Source: Octopus sinensis (lineage: Eukaryota). From it: 64,000 bases of DNA. Of this stretch, positions 1 through 12,669 are shown piece after piece (position 1 is the stretch's first letter; each line of letters opens with the position of its first letter). Below the pieces are notes generated by a model that saw only the letters and a program-made list of their open reading frames with translations, did no database searches and was not told the origin of the DNA. The position numbers and the translations under genes are program-made. The DNA is taken from NCBI RefSeq assembly GCF_006345805.1, contig NC_043004.1:39370001-39434000 (forward strand), given 5' to 3'.

Positions 1-99
1 TACTATTACTCTCACCCCAACATGAGCAATAGTAGAAGTGTCACAGAATAGTGAGTGGGGGACAAAGTGTAACACACAGAAAGTAGTTTTCGAATTTAT

Positions 100-207
100 T
101 ATATTAGATATATGTACCTATATATGCACACATATACGTATGCATATACATATGTAAGTATGTCTGTATACACATATATGTCTTTATATCCATAAATATA
201 TGCATTT

Positions 208-240
<33 letters not shown>

Positions 241-545
241 GTCCACATGTATACACTCATACATGCATACATACCTACACACATACATACATACATACAT
301 GCATACATACATACATACGTACATACATACATACGTACATACATACATACATACATTCATACATACATACATACATATGTACATACATACATACGTACAA
401 TCATACATACATACATACGTACATACATACATACATACGTACGTACGTACATACATACGTACATACGTACGTGCATGCATACATACATACATACATACAT
501 ACATACATACATACATACATACATACATACATACATACATACATA
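100..545. repeat. (TACA)n/(TA)n compound microsatellite
   Basis: Direct tandem TACA units with TACG variants; explains the YVCM/HTYI ORFs. Confidence 0.95.
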
Positions 546-1106
546 CTTATACACTAATGATCATTGTCGTCTGTTATAGGTCTGCATAGCTTGATCTAGG
601 AAGGTCTTCTCAATCGTAGAGGCCTGGGGTTTCTTGTTTTATTTTTTCCTGAATGACCGACTGTTGCCAATACCTACAAGTCTCACCTCACTCAACATCA
701 ACGAACCGCCTGGCTAAAGTTAAAAACAAAATTGGATACATTTTAAAATACTAGTTTTGTCATGAGCATTGCAATCGGAAGGCAAATAACCGAAACCTCT
801 TAGTACTCATTTTCTAAATGACATCACTGGAACTTTGCTTCCTAGTTAAAAACCAATCTCTCCACATGCTTCATTTAAAGAAATATCTGCCGTTTTCATG
901 CTTCAGGCATTCTTTCACTTGTGTCAGTCAATGTTTGGGCACGTCCTTCCAAACTTTTAGTCCATTACACTTTCGACTTATGCTTTCTACTTACACCATT
1001 CTACTATATTTCGCTCACCGATTATTGGTCCACCCCAGTTCACACTAGAATCTACTTGCCTGAGACCTTCTGAGAACCAGAATTATTTGCCTTGAACCTA
1101 GGATCA

Positions 1107-1206
1107 NNNNNNNNNNNNNNNNNNNNNNNNNNNNNNNNNNNNNNNNNNNNNNNNNNNNNNNNNNNNNNNNNNNNNNNNNNNNNNNNNNNNNNNNNNNNNN
1201 NNNNNN
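1107..1206. other. Assembly gap (100 N)
   Basis: Exactly 100 N, typical of a scaffolding gap of unknown size. Confidence 0.99.
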
Positions 1207-1436
1207 TGCAGTTCGAAATTACGATAAAATTTGGAATTTGATATTGATGAATCAGAATTTAATATTAATGAATCATTGGAAACGGTAATAATATCGCCTG
1301 GTGGTATAAATTGCAATTCCCGCAGCAATTAGAAAACTATCAACATCGGAATAGGAGAAAAGAGAAAGAAAGAAATTAAGAAACTAGATGTCTTAAGAAA
1401 CGACCGACCAAGGAACGGTATATGCCAACAAAATTG

Positions 1437-1511
1437 GTGATAAACATAGGTGACAGGAAACTGTTACAATACATGGGATCAGTGTCAAATAAGAGCCTGA
1501 ATTTCACAATT
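1437..1511 (+). mobile_element. Penelope-like element ORF fragment (N-terminal motif)
   Basis: Translates VINIGDRKLLQYMGSVSNKSLNFTI, matching the PLE VINLS...L...E..VL.KGLNF motif. Confidence 0.55.
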
Positions 1512-1749
1512 ATCAGCCAGTGAATTTCAAACCTGTGCAATGTAGCCCCGTGGGAAGACAGGTATTGAGTGAAACACACCTACAAGTTGGATTCCTAAAC
1601 ATACAAACATATATACACGCTCACACACACACACACACACTCTCCTCTCTCTCTCTCTCTCTCTCTCTCGCTTTCTCTCTCTCTCTCTCCCCCTTCTGAA
1701 TGAGGAAAATCAGTGACTTAAGACTTACGACAGGTGAAATGGTATGATC

Positions 1750-2010
1750 ATTCTTTGTAAGCCTAGTACTTATTCTATCGGTCTTTTTTGCCGAACCGCT
1801 AGTTTACGGTGACGTAAACTCACCACCACAAACACACACACACACACACACACAAACACACACATACACACACACACATATATATATATACATATATACG
1901 ACGGGCTTCTTTCAGTTTCCGTCTACCAAATCCACTCACAAGGCTTTGGTCAGCCCGAGGCTGTAGTATGACAAGAAGTGCCACAGTTGTCGTAGATAGA
2001 ACTGGTAACC
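1750..2010 (-). mobile_element. tRNA-derived SINE with internal (CA)/(TA) microsatellite, partial
   Basis: Reverse complement of the body of the SINE at 5706-6105 (gacgggcttctttcagtttccgtctaccaaatccactcac). Confidence 0.85.
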
Positions 2011-2142
2011 CTAAAAAATGCATCGATTTGGAAATAGTTGCTATCAGAGCCTAGTACCAGCTACAAATTTGACACTACCGACAGTTCCTCAATTGATCAA
2101 AGTGAAAGTTATTTTTACGATCATCTGATCAAAAACTGGCTG

Positions 2143-2459
2143 GTTAAAGATACCTGTCTATTCTATTTTCTGTGATCATTGAATTTACTTCACTGAAATT
2201 TTATATGTTTGCAAGGTCTAGACAGGTATCTTCAACAAGCTTGCAAGCCATGCTACTCCAGACTGATGACGAGCAAAACTCAGAAACATGTCTCTTGGTG
2301 CAGGCTTAACTGGATGGGGGTACTTGTCTCTCCCTTGTAAACATAAGGACACATGAAATGTGTCAAGGCCAACAGGAAGCGTTGATGCTTCCTAGGGTTA
2401 AATAGCAGTAGTGTGATTCCCTTTATGGGAATGTCACGTTAAGTTGACAGTATACAACT
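2143..2459 (+). mobile_element. Structured terminal-repeat-like module (probable PLE pLTR)
   Basis: 18-bp stem with 1 mismatch (2143-2160/2219-2236), HHR, hairpins GACACA/TGTGTC (2348-2364) and AGGAAGC/GCTTCCT (2374-2393); the part from the HHR on is homologous to 60601-60814(-). Confidence 0.65.
2258..2298 (+). ncRNA. Minimal type I hammerhead ribozyme motif
   Basis: ccaga CTGATGA c GAG caaaa CTC a GAAAC AT GTC tcttgg: intact core, palindromic stem III ACATGT, GUC site, stem I with one bulge; extra unpaired C and A at the base of stem II. Confidence 0.7.
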
Positions 2460-3019
2460 GCTCTATCGTTCCACCACTGCTTATATCTCTTTGAGATATT
2501 TAAAAATTTAATATTTCTATTATATATATATATATACAAATATATAAAAACACTAGGCTCATTATAATATTATGTTTTTTGTTATATCTGCAAACAGATG
2601 TCGCTCGCACGAGAGTCGTCTGCACATAAGCATTTCAGTCAGTTAGTCGGAGTGATTAAACTTAGTAAGAATAGATTTAAGCTAAGTTACTTCGCTCTGT
2701 GTATCAGCCTTCTATACGAGAGCATTCACAGCTGTAACTCTGCAATAGTTCCAATCAGCCATAACCAAAAAGACTTACAGACTTAAGAGCTTCTACTACG
2801 ATTTAGAATATCTTCGATCTTGATCAATCTTGAACACGTGATTATACCTTGACAGTGCAATGTATGGAGCTCGAGTAGCAATGGAGTGAATCCTTAACTA
2901 TTTTCCAATAAATGCAATCTCTATGAATCGACTTCTTTCTCTTTCCTTTTTGCCAATATATTCATACATATATAACCAGGGGAACAGAGAAAGAGGAAGA
3001 GGGAAAGATGGCAAGATGC

Positions 3020-3160
<141 letters not shown>

Positions 3161-3495
3161 GAAATACTGCATCTATCCAGTTTCAATTGAATTACGCGCT
3201 TCTCTATTGAAAGAATATCATGCAACAAAGACTATTGAAGAAAAGCAGATGGAATATTTCTCAAGGTATTTGTATATAAAATGTCGAAAACGATAAAACA
3301 TCAACGAAAGAGAAAAAGAAATGATATCGAACACAATAAAAATTTTGAGCATCAGATAATCCCTCTTCTCTTGCTGTCGCTTATTTGATGGTCAGATATT
3401 GCATTTCTCATGAAATCTACAGAAGAAAAAAAAACATTCTTTGTAAATTTTTCGATGACTTGCGGTAAAGGAAATAATAAGTCTCCCATACCCGA

Positions 3496-3561
<66 letters not shown>

Positions 3562-3696
3562 TATATATATAATATAAACAAGTAAAATGGACATAGAAAT
3601 AAGGGGAAAAAGAAAGTAAACGGACATTTGACTGATTTATGGGTAATGTAATATTTTATTTGAACCAAAATCATTGGAAATAAAATTAATGAGGAC

Positions 3697-3717
3697 GTCA
3701 ACGACGACGACGACGAC

Positions 3718-3786
<69 letters not shown>

Positions 3787-4110
3787 AATCATCATCATCA
3801 CCATCACTATCATCATCATCATCATCATCACCGTCATCGTCATCATTAAAGAGGCAGTAACAAAGAAGAAGATGGAGAAGATGGAGAAGAAGAAGAAGAT
3901 GGAAGAGGAGGAGGAGGAGAAGAAGAAGAAGAAGAAGAAGAAGAAAAAGAAGAAGAAGAAGAAGAAGGTGGAGGGGGAGAAGAAGATGGAGGAGAAGAAG
4001 AAGAAGAAGGGGAGGGGGAGAAGAAGATGGAGAAGAAGAAGAAGAAGAAGAAGAAGAAGAAGAAGAAGAAGAAGAAGAAGAAGAAGAAGAAGAAGAAGGA
4101 GATGAAGAAG
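3697..4110. repeat. Compound triplet repeat (GAC)(GAT)n-(CAT)n-(GAA)n
   Basis: Visible triplet runs; source of the poly-M/I/E/K/R ORFs. Confidence 0.95.
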
Positions 4111-4559
4111 AAGACCAAAGCAACACAAACAAAAGTATAAATAAATGGGAATATGAAAAGAATAGGAAAAGAATAATAGACGAAATCATAAATGAGACAA
4201 TTCATGAAATAATGAAATAATTGAAATAAAATAGTTCTTATAGCCCAACAAAAATACTTTTCGTAGATAAAATTCGTCTATAAAATTGGTTCAGTATTGA
4301 AATAAATAACAATAATGTAGCCAACACACAGTGGAAATAGTCACGAACATCAAAAGCACCAGGTTAAACGAAATAATAGATGAAGCAGCTACTGAAATTA
4401 CAAAGGACAGTGGATATTTCTGCAGAAGTACCCATATAGAAATATCTAAATAAAAGATTTCTAAATTTTTAGTGAAATCATTTATGAAATTCGATGGAAC
4501 TGAAAAGAAAAAAAAATGAAATACTATAGAAATATAGCATAAAAATATTGAAGTATCCG

Positions 4560-5115
4560 AAATCGAAGACTGTATGAAACAAGATACCCTTGCTAAATCG
4601 CAATGAATGCGTCGATATAAAAGGAGAAATCGGCTCTTCAAGTAAAACAAACTGTCCGACTTGAAACCAAAGCAATTTTATCAAGAACTAAGGGAAAATA
4701 CAATAGAATTTATGCTGCATCAATAACGACAGAAGAGGGAAAATGGTAGCAGAGCCAAGGAAGGATTCATTACAAATGCAGCATTGTAGTGAACAATCAT
4801 CGAAGCTCATATTCCCAGAAGAATTAGCGAGCAGTCAGCAGAAAAAGATAAGATCTCAGAATCCTGATTAATATATTTCACAGACGCACATAAGGCACGA
4901 AAACAGATGTTCAATCAAATATTGAAGGAGCTAGAGACAACACTCGACCAATTAACTGGAGAGAAAAATCATTTAAAATCCTATCACTGAAGAAATGATA
5001 TAACCTAAATGCAGTGTATACATATAACGTGTCTTTTTACTGCTTACCAAGTCTTAATATCATGAGAATAAATCAACATCTGGAAAAAAAGAAACTTGTT
5101 TCCAAATGGTCAGAA
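4560..5115 (+). mobile_element. Degenerate R4/Dong-type LINE, N-terminal RT region
   Basis: Frameshifted remnants resembling AK.QR.RRYKRRN..F.QN and KPKQFYQELR; many stops. Confidence 0.55.
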
Positions 5116-5705
5116 ATGGTACTCTGATTGTTCCTGTATTTTTAAAGATGAATTACTGCTCAATAACGCCTAAATCGAAGAGTATAGTCGGACAAGTACG
5201 GATCTGAGTGTTATTGAATAGATTGGCAAACAGAAAGCTTTTCACAGAGTTGGATTCTGGAAAATTTTGACTTCGAGCAGCGCTGCTGCGGTGATAATAT
5301 ATAGATGTCTTACACAAATCATGTGTAAATGATAAACGATCCTGAAGATACAGACTAAAGAGAAAAGTATTTTTAAAGACCAACCCGTTATGAAAGGAGT
5401 AATCGTCCAAAGAGTAATCGTCCTTCTATATAACACTTTTTATCTGTCCAGTGCTAAAACTTTAAACCAACATGGTGAACGAAGTAGGATTTGAGTGCGA
5501 ATGCTATCGTAGGTAATCAACAATCTTTTATCTAAGGACAATCATAAGTTTCACGCCACAAATGGTAGCCCTCCAGAAAGACTGTAAAGGTTCGTACGTG
5601 GATTTACGGGAGAAATTGGAACTAGCTGCTGATTAGAAAAAGGTGAGAAGTTAACTTGGGAAAAAGGACTATCATTTTTTTTAAATAATGCTAGATAAAA
5701 ATGCG

Positions 5706-5891
5706 TAGGAGTGGCTGTGTGGTAAGTAGCTTGCTTACGAACCACATTGTTCCGGATTCAGTGGCACCTAGAGTAAGTGTCTTCTACTATAGCCTCGGGC
5801 AGACCAAAGCCTTCTGAGTGGATTTGGTAGACGGAAACTGAAAGAAGCCCGTCGTATATATGTATATATATATGTGTTTGTGTGTGTGTGT

Positions 5892-5927
<36 letters not shown>

Positions 5928-6105
5928 TGTGTTTGTGGTGGTGTGTTTACGTCGCTGTAACCTAGCGGTTCGGCAAAGAAACCGATAGAATAAGTACTAG
6001 GCTTACAAAGAGTAAGTCCTGGGGTTGATTTGCTCGACTAAAGGCGGTGCTCCAGCATGGCCACAGTCAAATGACTGAAACAAGTAAAAGAGTAAAAGAG
6101 AGTAA
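5706..6105 (+). mobile_element. Full-length tRNA-derived SINE with internal (TG)n and stem-loop tail
   Basis: A-box-like TGGCTGTGTGG, degenerate B box, internal microsatellite, tail CAGCATGGCCACAGTCAAATGACTGAAAC followed by gtaaaaga repeats. Confidence 0.85.
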
Positions 6106-6479
6106 TATCAAAATCACTTTAACTTTTCTGCATTCAAATACGAAACGGACCGGACGCTGTAGTGAAGTTTTGAAGAGAGAGGGGAGACGAAGGAAACTGT
6201 GAAACAGCTAAAGACAATGGTAACAAATGGGTTAGAAAATGCCAATCTAAAATGACAAGAAAGTTCATATCTGGAAATTTTTAAAAGAGTGAAGATAGAG
6301 GAAGGAAAATTCACAGTTGTTTCATGTAATGAAACAGAACGCATTTACTATAGAATATGCAGATGAAGAGAAAAAACAACTATACTGTCCCAGGCAAGCC
6401 ATTCTTAATCATGAAAGAATATATTTTCAGGAGTGAAATAGGGCTTTCAAACATTCGTATGTCTGTATGTGTACGTGGG

Positions 6480-6820
<341 letters not shown>

Positions 6821-7305
6821 ACTTGGAAATCAAAATGTGTGTGTATGTGTCTGTGTATACATATATATATATACACCTATGTGTGTGTGTGTATTATTTC
6901 GTCGCAATACAAGTCAAATCCATGTAGCAGATGATATTATTCAGCTCAAACTTTGTAACTTGATATCAGCTGGGGTAAACATAAGGAATTAATGAGTACC
7001 AGGAGGTTGCAGTTACGAGAATGAAAAGATGATTCGAAAGTTTTGTTATATGATTTCAAGTGAGACAAAACAGGAGAGGGGGGGGGCAACGAGTCAGATG
7101 CAAGTTCATTGAGTATGCTTCGATGATAACACTTCGGAGATTACTATTTGCAAGAACAGAATATTATTAAAGTGACGATAGAAACACCACATTTATATGC
7201 AAGTGATTGTAGTAAGTGAATCTTGGCTAAACGGGCGGATAGTCTTCTTTCGAATGCAGTCTGCGTTGTTTGTGAATATGAAGACAGCACAGTTGTAAAC
7301 ACGTA

Positions 7306-7807
7306 CCGTAAATCCTCGACTATAGTCCGCCCTTGAGTATAATACGCAGGGGATTTTTAGGGGGCTGTACCTCTGAAAAACCTAAACCTTGTGTATAATA
7401 TGCACCCCTTCTCTAACTTGAGTCAAGGAGGTCTATATAACGTCCTTGGTTTGTAAAACTGTATACGGTAACTTCCATTATTATTATTGTATATATAACA
7501 TAATGCAAACATCTAGCTTTTTTGTTTGCAGAAAATAAAGAAATAACAGTAATAACATTTAATAGATGTTGCTTATTGCAAGTTATGGATGATTCTTTTA
7601 TGACTTCATTGCTTTCAGGCTTAGCTTAAGGTATTTTCGCGCCCGACATCACAAAATTCGTCTGAATAAACATAGCCAGACAGCAAATAGAGAATCGGAC
7701 ATTGCTTAGAAAATAATTTTCAGTTTTAACCACGTGTATAGTACGCACTAGGGATTTTGACATTTAAATTTTGGGAAAAAATGCGGATTATACTCGAGGA
7801 TTTACGG
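7306..7807. mobile_element. MITE, Tc1/mariner superfamily (Tc2/pogo-like CCGTA ends)
   Basis: 25-bp TIRs CCGTAAATCCTCGA(C/G)TATA(G/A)TCCGC with 2 mismatches; TA duplicated at 7304-7305 and 7808-7809; no ORF. Confidence 0.9.
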
Positions 7808-8399
7808 TAATCAAAACTTCAATGTATAGTCATGGCATAGTTTCTGGAAATGATATTCGTGGGAAATATCTATGAAAGATCAACAGAGGATGTGAGTTCG
7901 TTTTAGAATGGATAAATTTGTAGTCATCAATCTATTTTTTTACTTTTTATGTCATTAAACTACTTGGTAAATGTCCTTGTTACAGTTTATTTTCTGTGTA
8001 AGAATGAAGTTGTATATATGCCCTACATATCACAAATGTTGTTGTGACCACCAACGAGATTGTTGAGTTTGTGTCTGTGTGCATGTAATACAACATCCTA
8101 ACCCTAACTCTAACCCTAACCCTGAAATGTAAAGAAAACAACCACCAAGGTATTTATGAATAAAGCCACGTTGTTCGATGATATAGAAAAGAAAAGGGTC
8201 AATAAATACAGAAGAAATTCTTGGTAAAAATAAAATATTTAGCACGAGATTCTTTTAACCTAGACATTTAACACCGTGTAAAACACAACATGCGCATGCA
8301 CATAAATTCATGCACACACACACATTACATACACAAGCACACAAACATCAACACAAAGAATATTGGTGTGGTGAAAGATTCCCTTCAAAAATTCTGTCA

Positions 8400-8730
8400 A
8401 GAGTAAACTTAACAGATCGGATATTGTTGTTTTTGACAGACAACGAAAAGTATGTAGCACTATAGATGTCAGTTGCCCTCCTGATTTGAACGCCTCCTTT
8501 AAACTCAAAGAGGAAGAGGATAACTAAGGACTGATGCTTTGGGACTTTCAACTTCTATATCCAATTGTTAAATTCACATTTATACCAATAATAATTGATG
8601 CAATTGGATTTTGTGAGTAAAATGCCAAAGTGCCACTCTGGATATTATGATTTTCAGAAAAAGAAGTTTATTAGCTCATTACATATACGAATTGTAAATG
8701 AAAATATGTAAGACTTACAATACGATTATT
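8400..8730 (+). mobile_element. Degenerate restriction-like endonuclease (RLE) domain of a non-LTR retrotransposon
   Basis: NRSDIVVFDRQRKVCSTIDVSCP..LN...KLKEEEDN...FTFIPIII: PD-(D/E)XK-type C-terminus of RLE LINEs. Confidence 0.7.
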
Positions 8731-9526
8731 TTTTATACACGATCTTAGGACGTATCTTCGTTGGAAACTCCAGCCTCAGAATAAGATTTCAAATAATTAA
8801 AAGCAGAGAAAAGAAGATACACACACGTGCATTCGCGAGCGCACTCACACATTATTATTTGTGGGGGTGTGAATGCGTGGGTGTATGGGTGTAGGATGTA
8901 TGGGTGTTTGTGTATGTGTGTATATATGTATGTATATATGTATGTGTATGTATGTATGTAAAAAACCCTTGCACCTGAGGTCAACAAAATCTATCTTTTA
9001 GACATTATTTATTCCTCTGTAAACCTCTTCTTGTATTTACATTTTTCAAAATGGATTTTCCTGCAGGAGATACAGTAAGAGGTAAAAATTAGAAGAAAGT
9101 ATCACTGGATACGCACTCTTCCAAAGTGAAAATAGTTTTTTAAAATAAACGAAAACGATTTTATGATAAACATTACAAGTTGATAATGGACAGATACACT
9201 GCCAAACCCCAACAGTTACTCGATGACGCCCGGAAGCGCAATACTCACTACATAAACAAAAATTTAGCAATAGCAAAAGCTACTAACATCAACCGTTTGT
9301 TACGATAACGTACCAGATGGCGGTTGAAGGCGCGGTTCGAACTCAGACAAAGGGCCGTTGTAAAGAGGTATATTACATAGCAGTGTGGCTTCTACTTTGA
9401 TAAATTTGAATGAACAAGGAGGAAAATAACGTAACTTGGTTTCGTGAGAACTGCACAGGGCTTCGATATAACATCAAAGAAACAGTTAAAGAAAATTTAA
9501 GAGGATGTGTAAGACGAAACCTGCTC

Positions 9527-9651
9527 TATTAACAAGAGTACGTTATATGGCAGTGTGTGTTTGGCGTTCAAAACTGAGAAAGAGGTAAGAAAACAGTCTG
9601 AACTGAAGCGCCACACGATTGTCCATAGCTTGCTGTTGCTATATGTATTAG
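9527..9651 (+). promoter_or_regulatory. Possible core promoter, non-coding exon and 67-nt 5' UTR intron
   Basis: TATTAA (9527) about 25 nt before GCAGT; strong donor GAG|GTAAGA at 9585; acceptor TATTAG| at 9651, 11 nt before the ATG. Motif-level evidence only. Confidence 0.25.
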
Positions 9652-9662
9652 GGGATAGCACA

Positions 9663-9726
9663 ATGATCGCCATAAGTGTTGTGGTATTGGTCCTTTCCTT
9701 GTTGCCACTTTTATGGCAGAATGCAG
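9663..9726 (+). CDS. Putative first coding exon encoding a signal peptide (secreted or membrane protein)
   Basis: acaATG MIAISVVVLVLSLLPLLWQNA-G then GCAG|GTATGT phase-1 donor; unique, non-repetitive context. No downstream exon found. Confidence 0.45.
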
Positions 9727-9890
9727 GTATGTGTTCAGTACCAAGCTAAAATGGAAAGAGATGGGATCTGCGTAGACATCCGAAACCTGATAACCCCTTT
9801 CTCAATTGTGTGATGGGAATTGGTATGAATCATGGGAACGAAGGCGAGAGTCTCTCTTTCTCTCTGTCTTTCTCTCCCCCACCCTCTCTT

Positions 9891-9940
<50 letters not shown>

Positions 9941-10309
9941 CTGCTAGGATAATGCTCAGAGAACAAACGTGGCTGGGGAATGCAGGAAATATGGATTAAG
10001 TAAAGTGCCTGTAGATCATTTCAGCAAAGGACATATATGATCAGCAGCAACCAAACATTCTACCAACATACAGCTGCAAGCATCCGAAGAAAATATAAAG
10101 TATTAATTACGTATTGCTTCATTTCATCTTTTATATAGATTAGAGGTGTTTAATAATCTATAGCGTTATGTTATGAATGCGATTTATAAAAGCAGTTTAC
10201 AAAAGAAAATTAATCATAAGGAGATGCTCCAGCATGGCCGCAGTCAAGTGACAGAAAGAAGTGAAAGAGTACTCTAGTAATCCAGACAGTTTCCAAAAGT
10301 ATACGTTTC

Positions 10310-10750
10310 GAGTGATTCCACCAGCAATGATTGCGTAATATCCTTTTCTAATCTAGGCACGAGGCCCGAATTTTTGAGGGACTGGGGGCCAGTCGATTAG
10401 ATGGACACCAGGACACAACTGGTACTTATTTTATCGACCCAGAAAGGATGAAAGGCAAAGTCGACCTTGGTGGAATTTGAACTCAGAACGTAAAGACAGA
10501 CGTAATACCTATTTCTTTACTACCCACAAGGGGCTAAACACAGAAGAGACAAACAAGGACAGACAGACGGGTTAAGTCAATTATATCGATCCCAGTGCGT
10601 AACTGGTATGTATTTAATCGACCCCGAAAGGATGAAAGGCAAAGTCGACCTCGGCGGAATTTGAACTCAGAACATAAAGACAGACGTAATACCGCTAAGC
10701 ATTTCGTCTGGCGTGCTAACGTTTCTGCCAACTCGCTGCCTTGGTTCTGT
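10310..10750 (-). mobile_element. Two joined SINEs sharing a core but with different tails
   Basis: Core gttctgagttcaaattcc...gtcgactttgcctttcatcctttc..gtcgat..taccagtt occurs twice (about 10600-10700 and 10410-10510). Confidence 0.8.
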
Positions 10751-11375
10751 AATATCCTAAAGATCTCATGGTGATCTTATATGCTTGATACGACAGTACT
10801 GCAACTGATGAAACGACAAGCATTGAGCTCTTAGATGGCTGGTCATCTTGTCCGTTCAGAGAACACCTAAATGCAAAATTGGTGTTGTGTGGTGGGGTGG
10901 AGCAAGGAAAATATTTCCAGTGCAAGACACGCAAGCGTTTCAAAGTTTGCACAATTGAAAAGATCAATATCCATATTACCGTACGTCTGGGAAGATCATA
11001 TATCAGACAGGACACTGTGGAAGGATCATAAATACATGCATGCATACATACATACATACATACATACATACATACATACATACATACATACATACATACA
11101 TACATACATACTGATATATATATATATATATACGCAATGGATTTAATTGATTTATTTTGATCTATTTATTTTTAAATTTACATCTTTGGTTTTCGTTTCC
11201 ATAAATTTATTTTGCTATCTTTCTGACTTGTGTCTATTTGAATCTACATGTTGCCCTTTGTCAAGGAAATGCTAAAATTAGAATGTCAGTACAAAACAAT
11301 GGGAGACTATTGGTGATCCAGCAGTGCTTCCAAAGCCGCTCACCTGGTGACGAGCAAGTTCACAGCCATTGCTGA

Positions 11376-11606
<231 letters not shown>

Positions 11607-11678
11607 ATATATATATATATTTGTAAAAAAGAAGTTTGAAAACGCCAGTATATTAGATAAATTTTAATTTTCTTATGA

Positions 11679-11723
11679 ATTTTACATGTTTCGGTTCTTG
11701 GAAAATCGAACCTTATCAAAAAT
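11679..11723 (-). ncRNA. Minimal hammerhead ribozyme with U3-A8 core variant
   Basis: Minus strand: attt TTGATAA GGTTC gattttccaa GAACC GAAAC AT GTA aaat; lies in a segment of about 170 bp flanked by (TA)n on both sides. Confidence 0.65.
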
Positions 11724-11788
11724 ATTATAAAAAGTGCAATAGAAAAGTTCATAATCGTTTCTTACTGGTCTCAATAGAATCCATGTGG

Positions 11789-11895
<107 letters not shown>

Positions 11896-11912
11896 TATGT
11901 ATATAGATATAT

Positions 11913-11954
<42 letters not shown>

Positions 11955-12083
11955 TAATAAATATTAGGGAATAAATCCAAATTTACAAGGAAAAATCAGA
12001 TTAAAATTGAATCCAATTTTATAGTAAAATATTATATTATAAAAAATTACTTCGTAGTTTATAACTCGCTAAGAAGGTTTAGA

Positions 12084-12135
12084 AACCACCTGAAGAATGT
12101 GTAAGATGTTCTGACACGAAACGATCGTAGTGGTT
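12084..12135 (+). ncRNA. Minimal type I hammerhead ribozyme motif
   Basis: aaccac CTGAAGA at GTGT aagatgttctg ACAC GAAAC GATC GTA gtggtt: perfect 6-bp stem I, palindromic ACGATCGT stem III, 2-nt insert before stem II. Confidence 0.75.
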
Positions 12136-12247
12136 ATTCATTTGTTAAATTTTAATTTATATAAATCATTTTATGTATTGCCTTAAGTCTTTCTTTGTTT
12201 GACTTGCATAATAGTGGTTTTGTCTCTAATTTATTATAATATATATA

Positions 12248-12308
<61 letters not shown>

Positions 12309-12669
12309 CATACATATAGTATTTATGTAATAATATGTATAGTATACGAACCAGCAATTCACAGCTGACGCTATTTCAAAGATACAAGTGTCGTGATTTG
12401 AATTATACACTGTTCATTCAATATTTCTGTATTATAATTGGGTTTTTTTTTGTATGAATTCAATGCACACTAAAATATTTCCACAAGTATATCTAGTAAC
12501 AGGAGTACTTCCGCTGTATGAAAGTGTATAGTACCTTATAATTGTCAAGAAGCTTTGGAATGAACGTTAAAATTTATTACCCAGTTGATATTAAATTACA
12601 CACACACACACATACACACGAACAAACATTCACACACACACATACAGTTGACATTTACAGAAAATCAAA

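Noticed and set aside
8097-8123. (CTAACC)n as a telomere
   Set aside because: Only about four imperfect internal units.
9310-9330. CCAGATGGCG CTCF/YY1-like motif (also CAGATGTCGC near 2596)
   Set aside because: Short motif match only; not distinguishable from chance without binding data.
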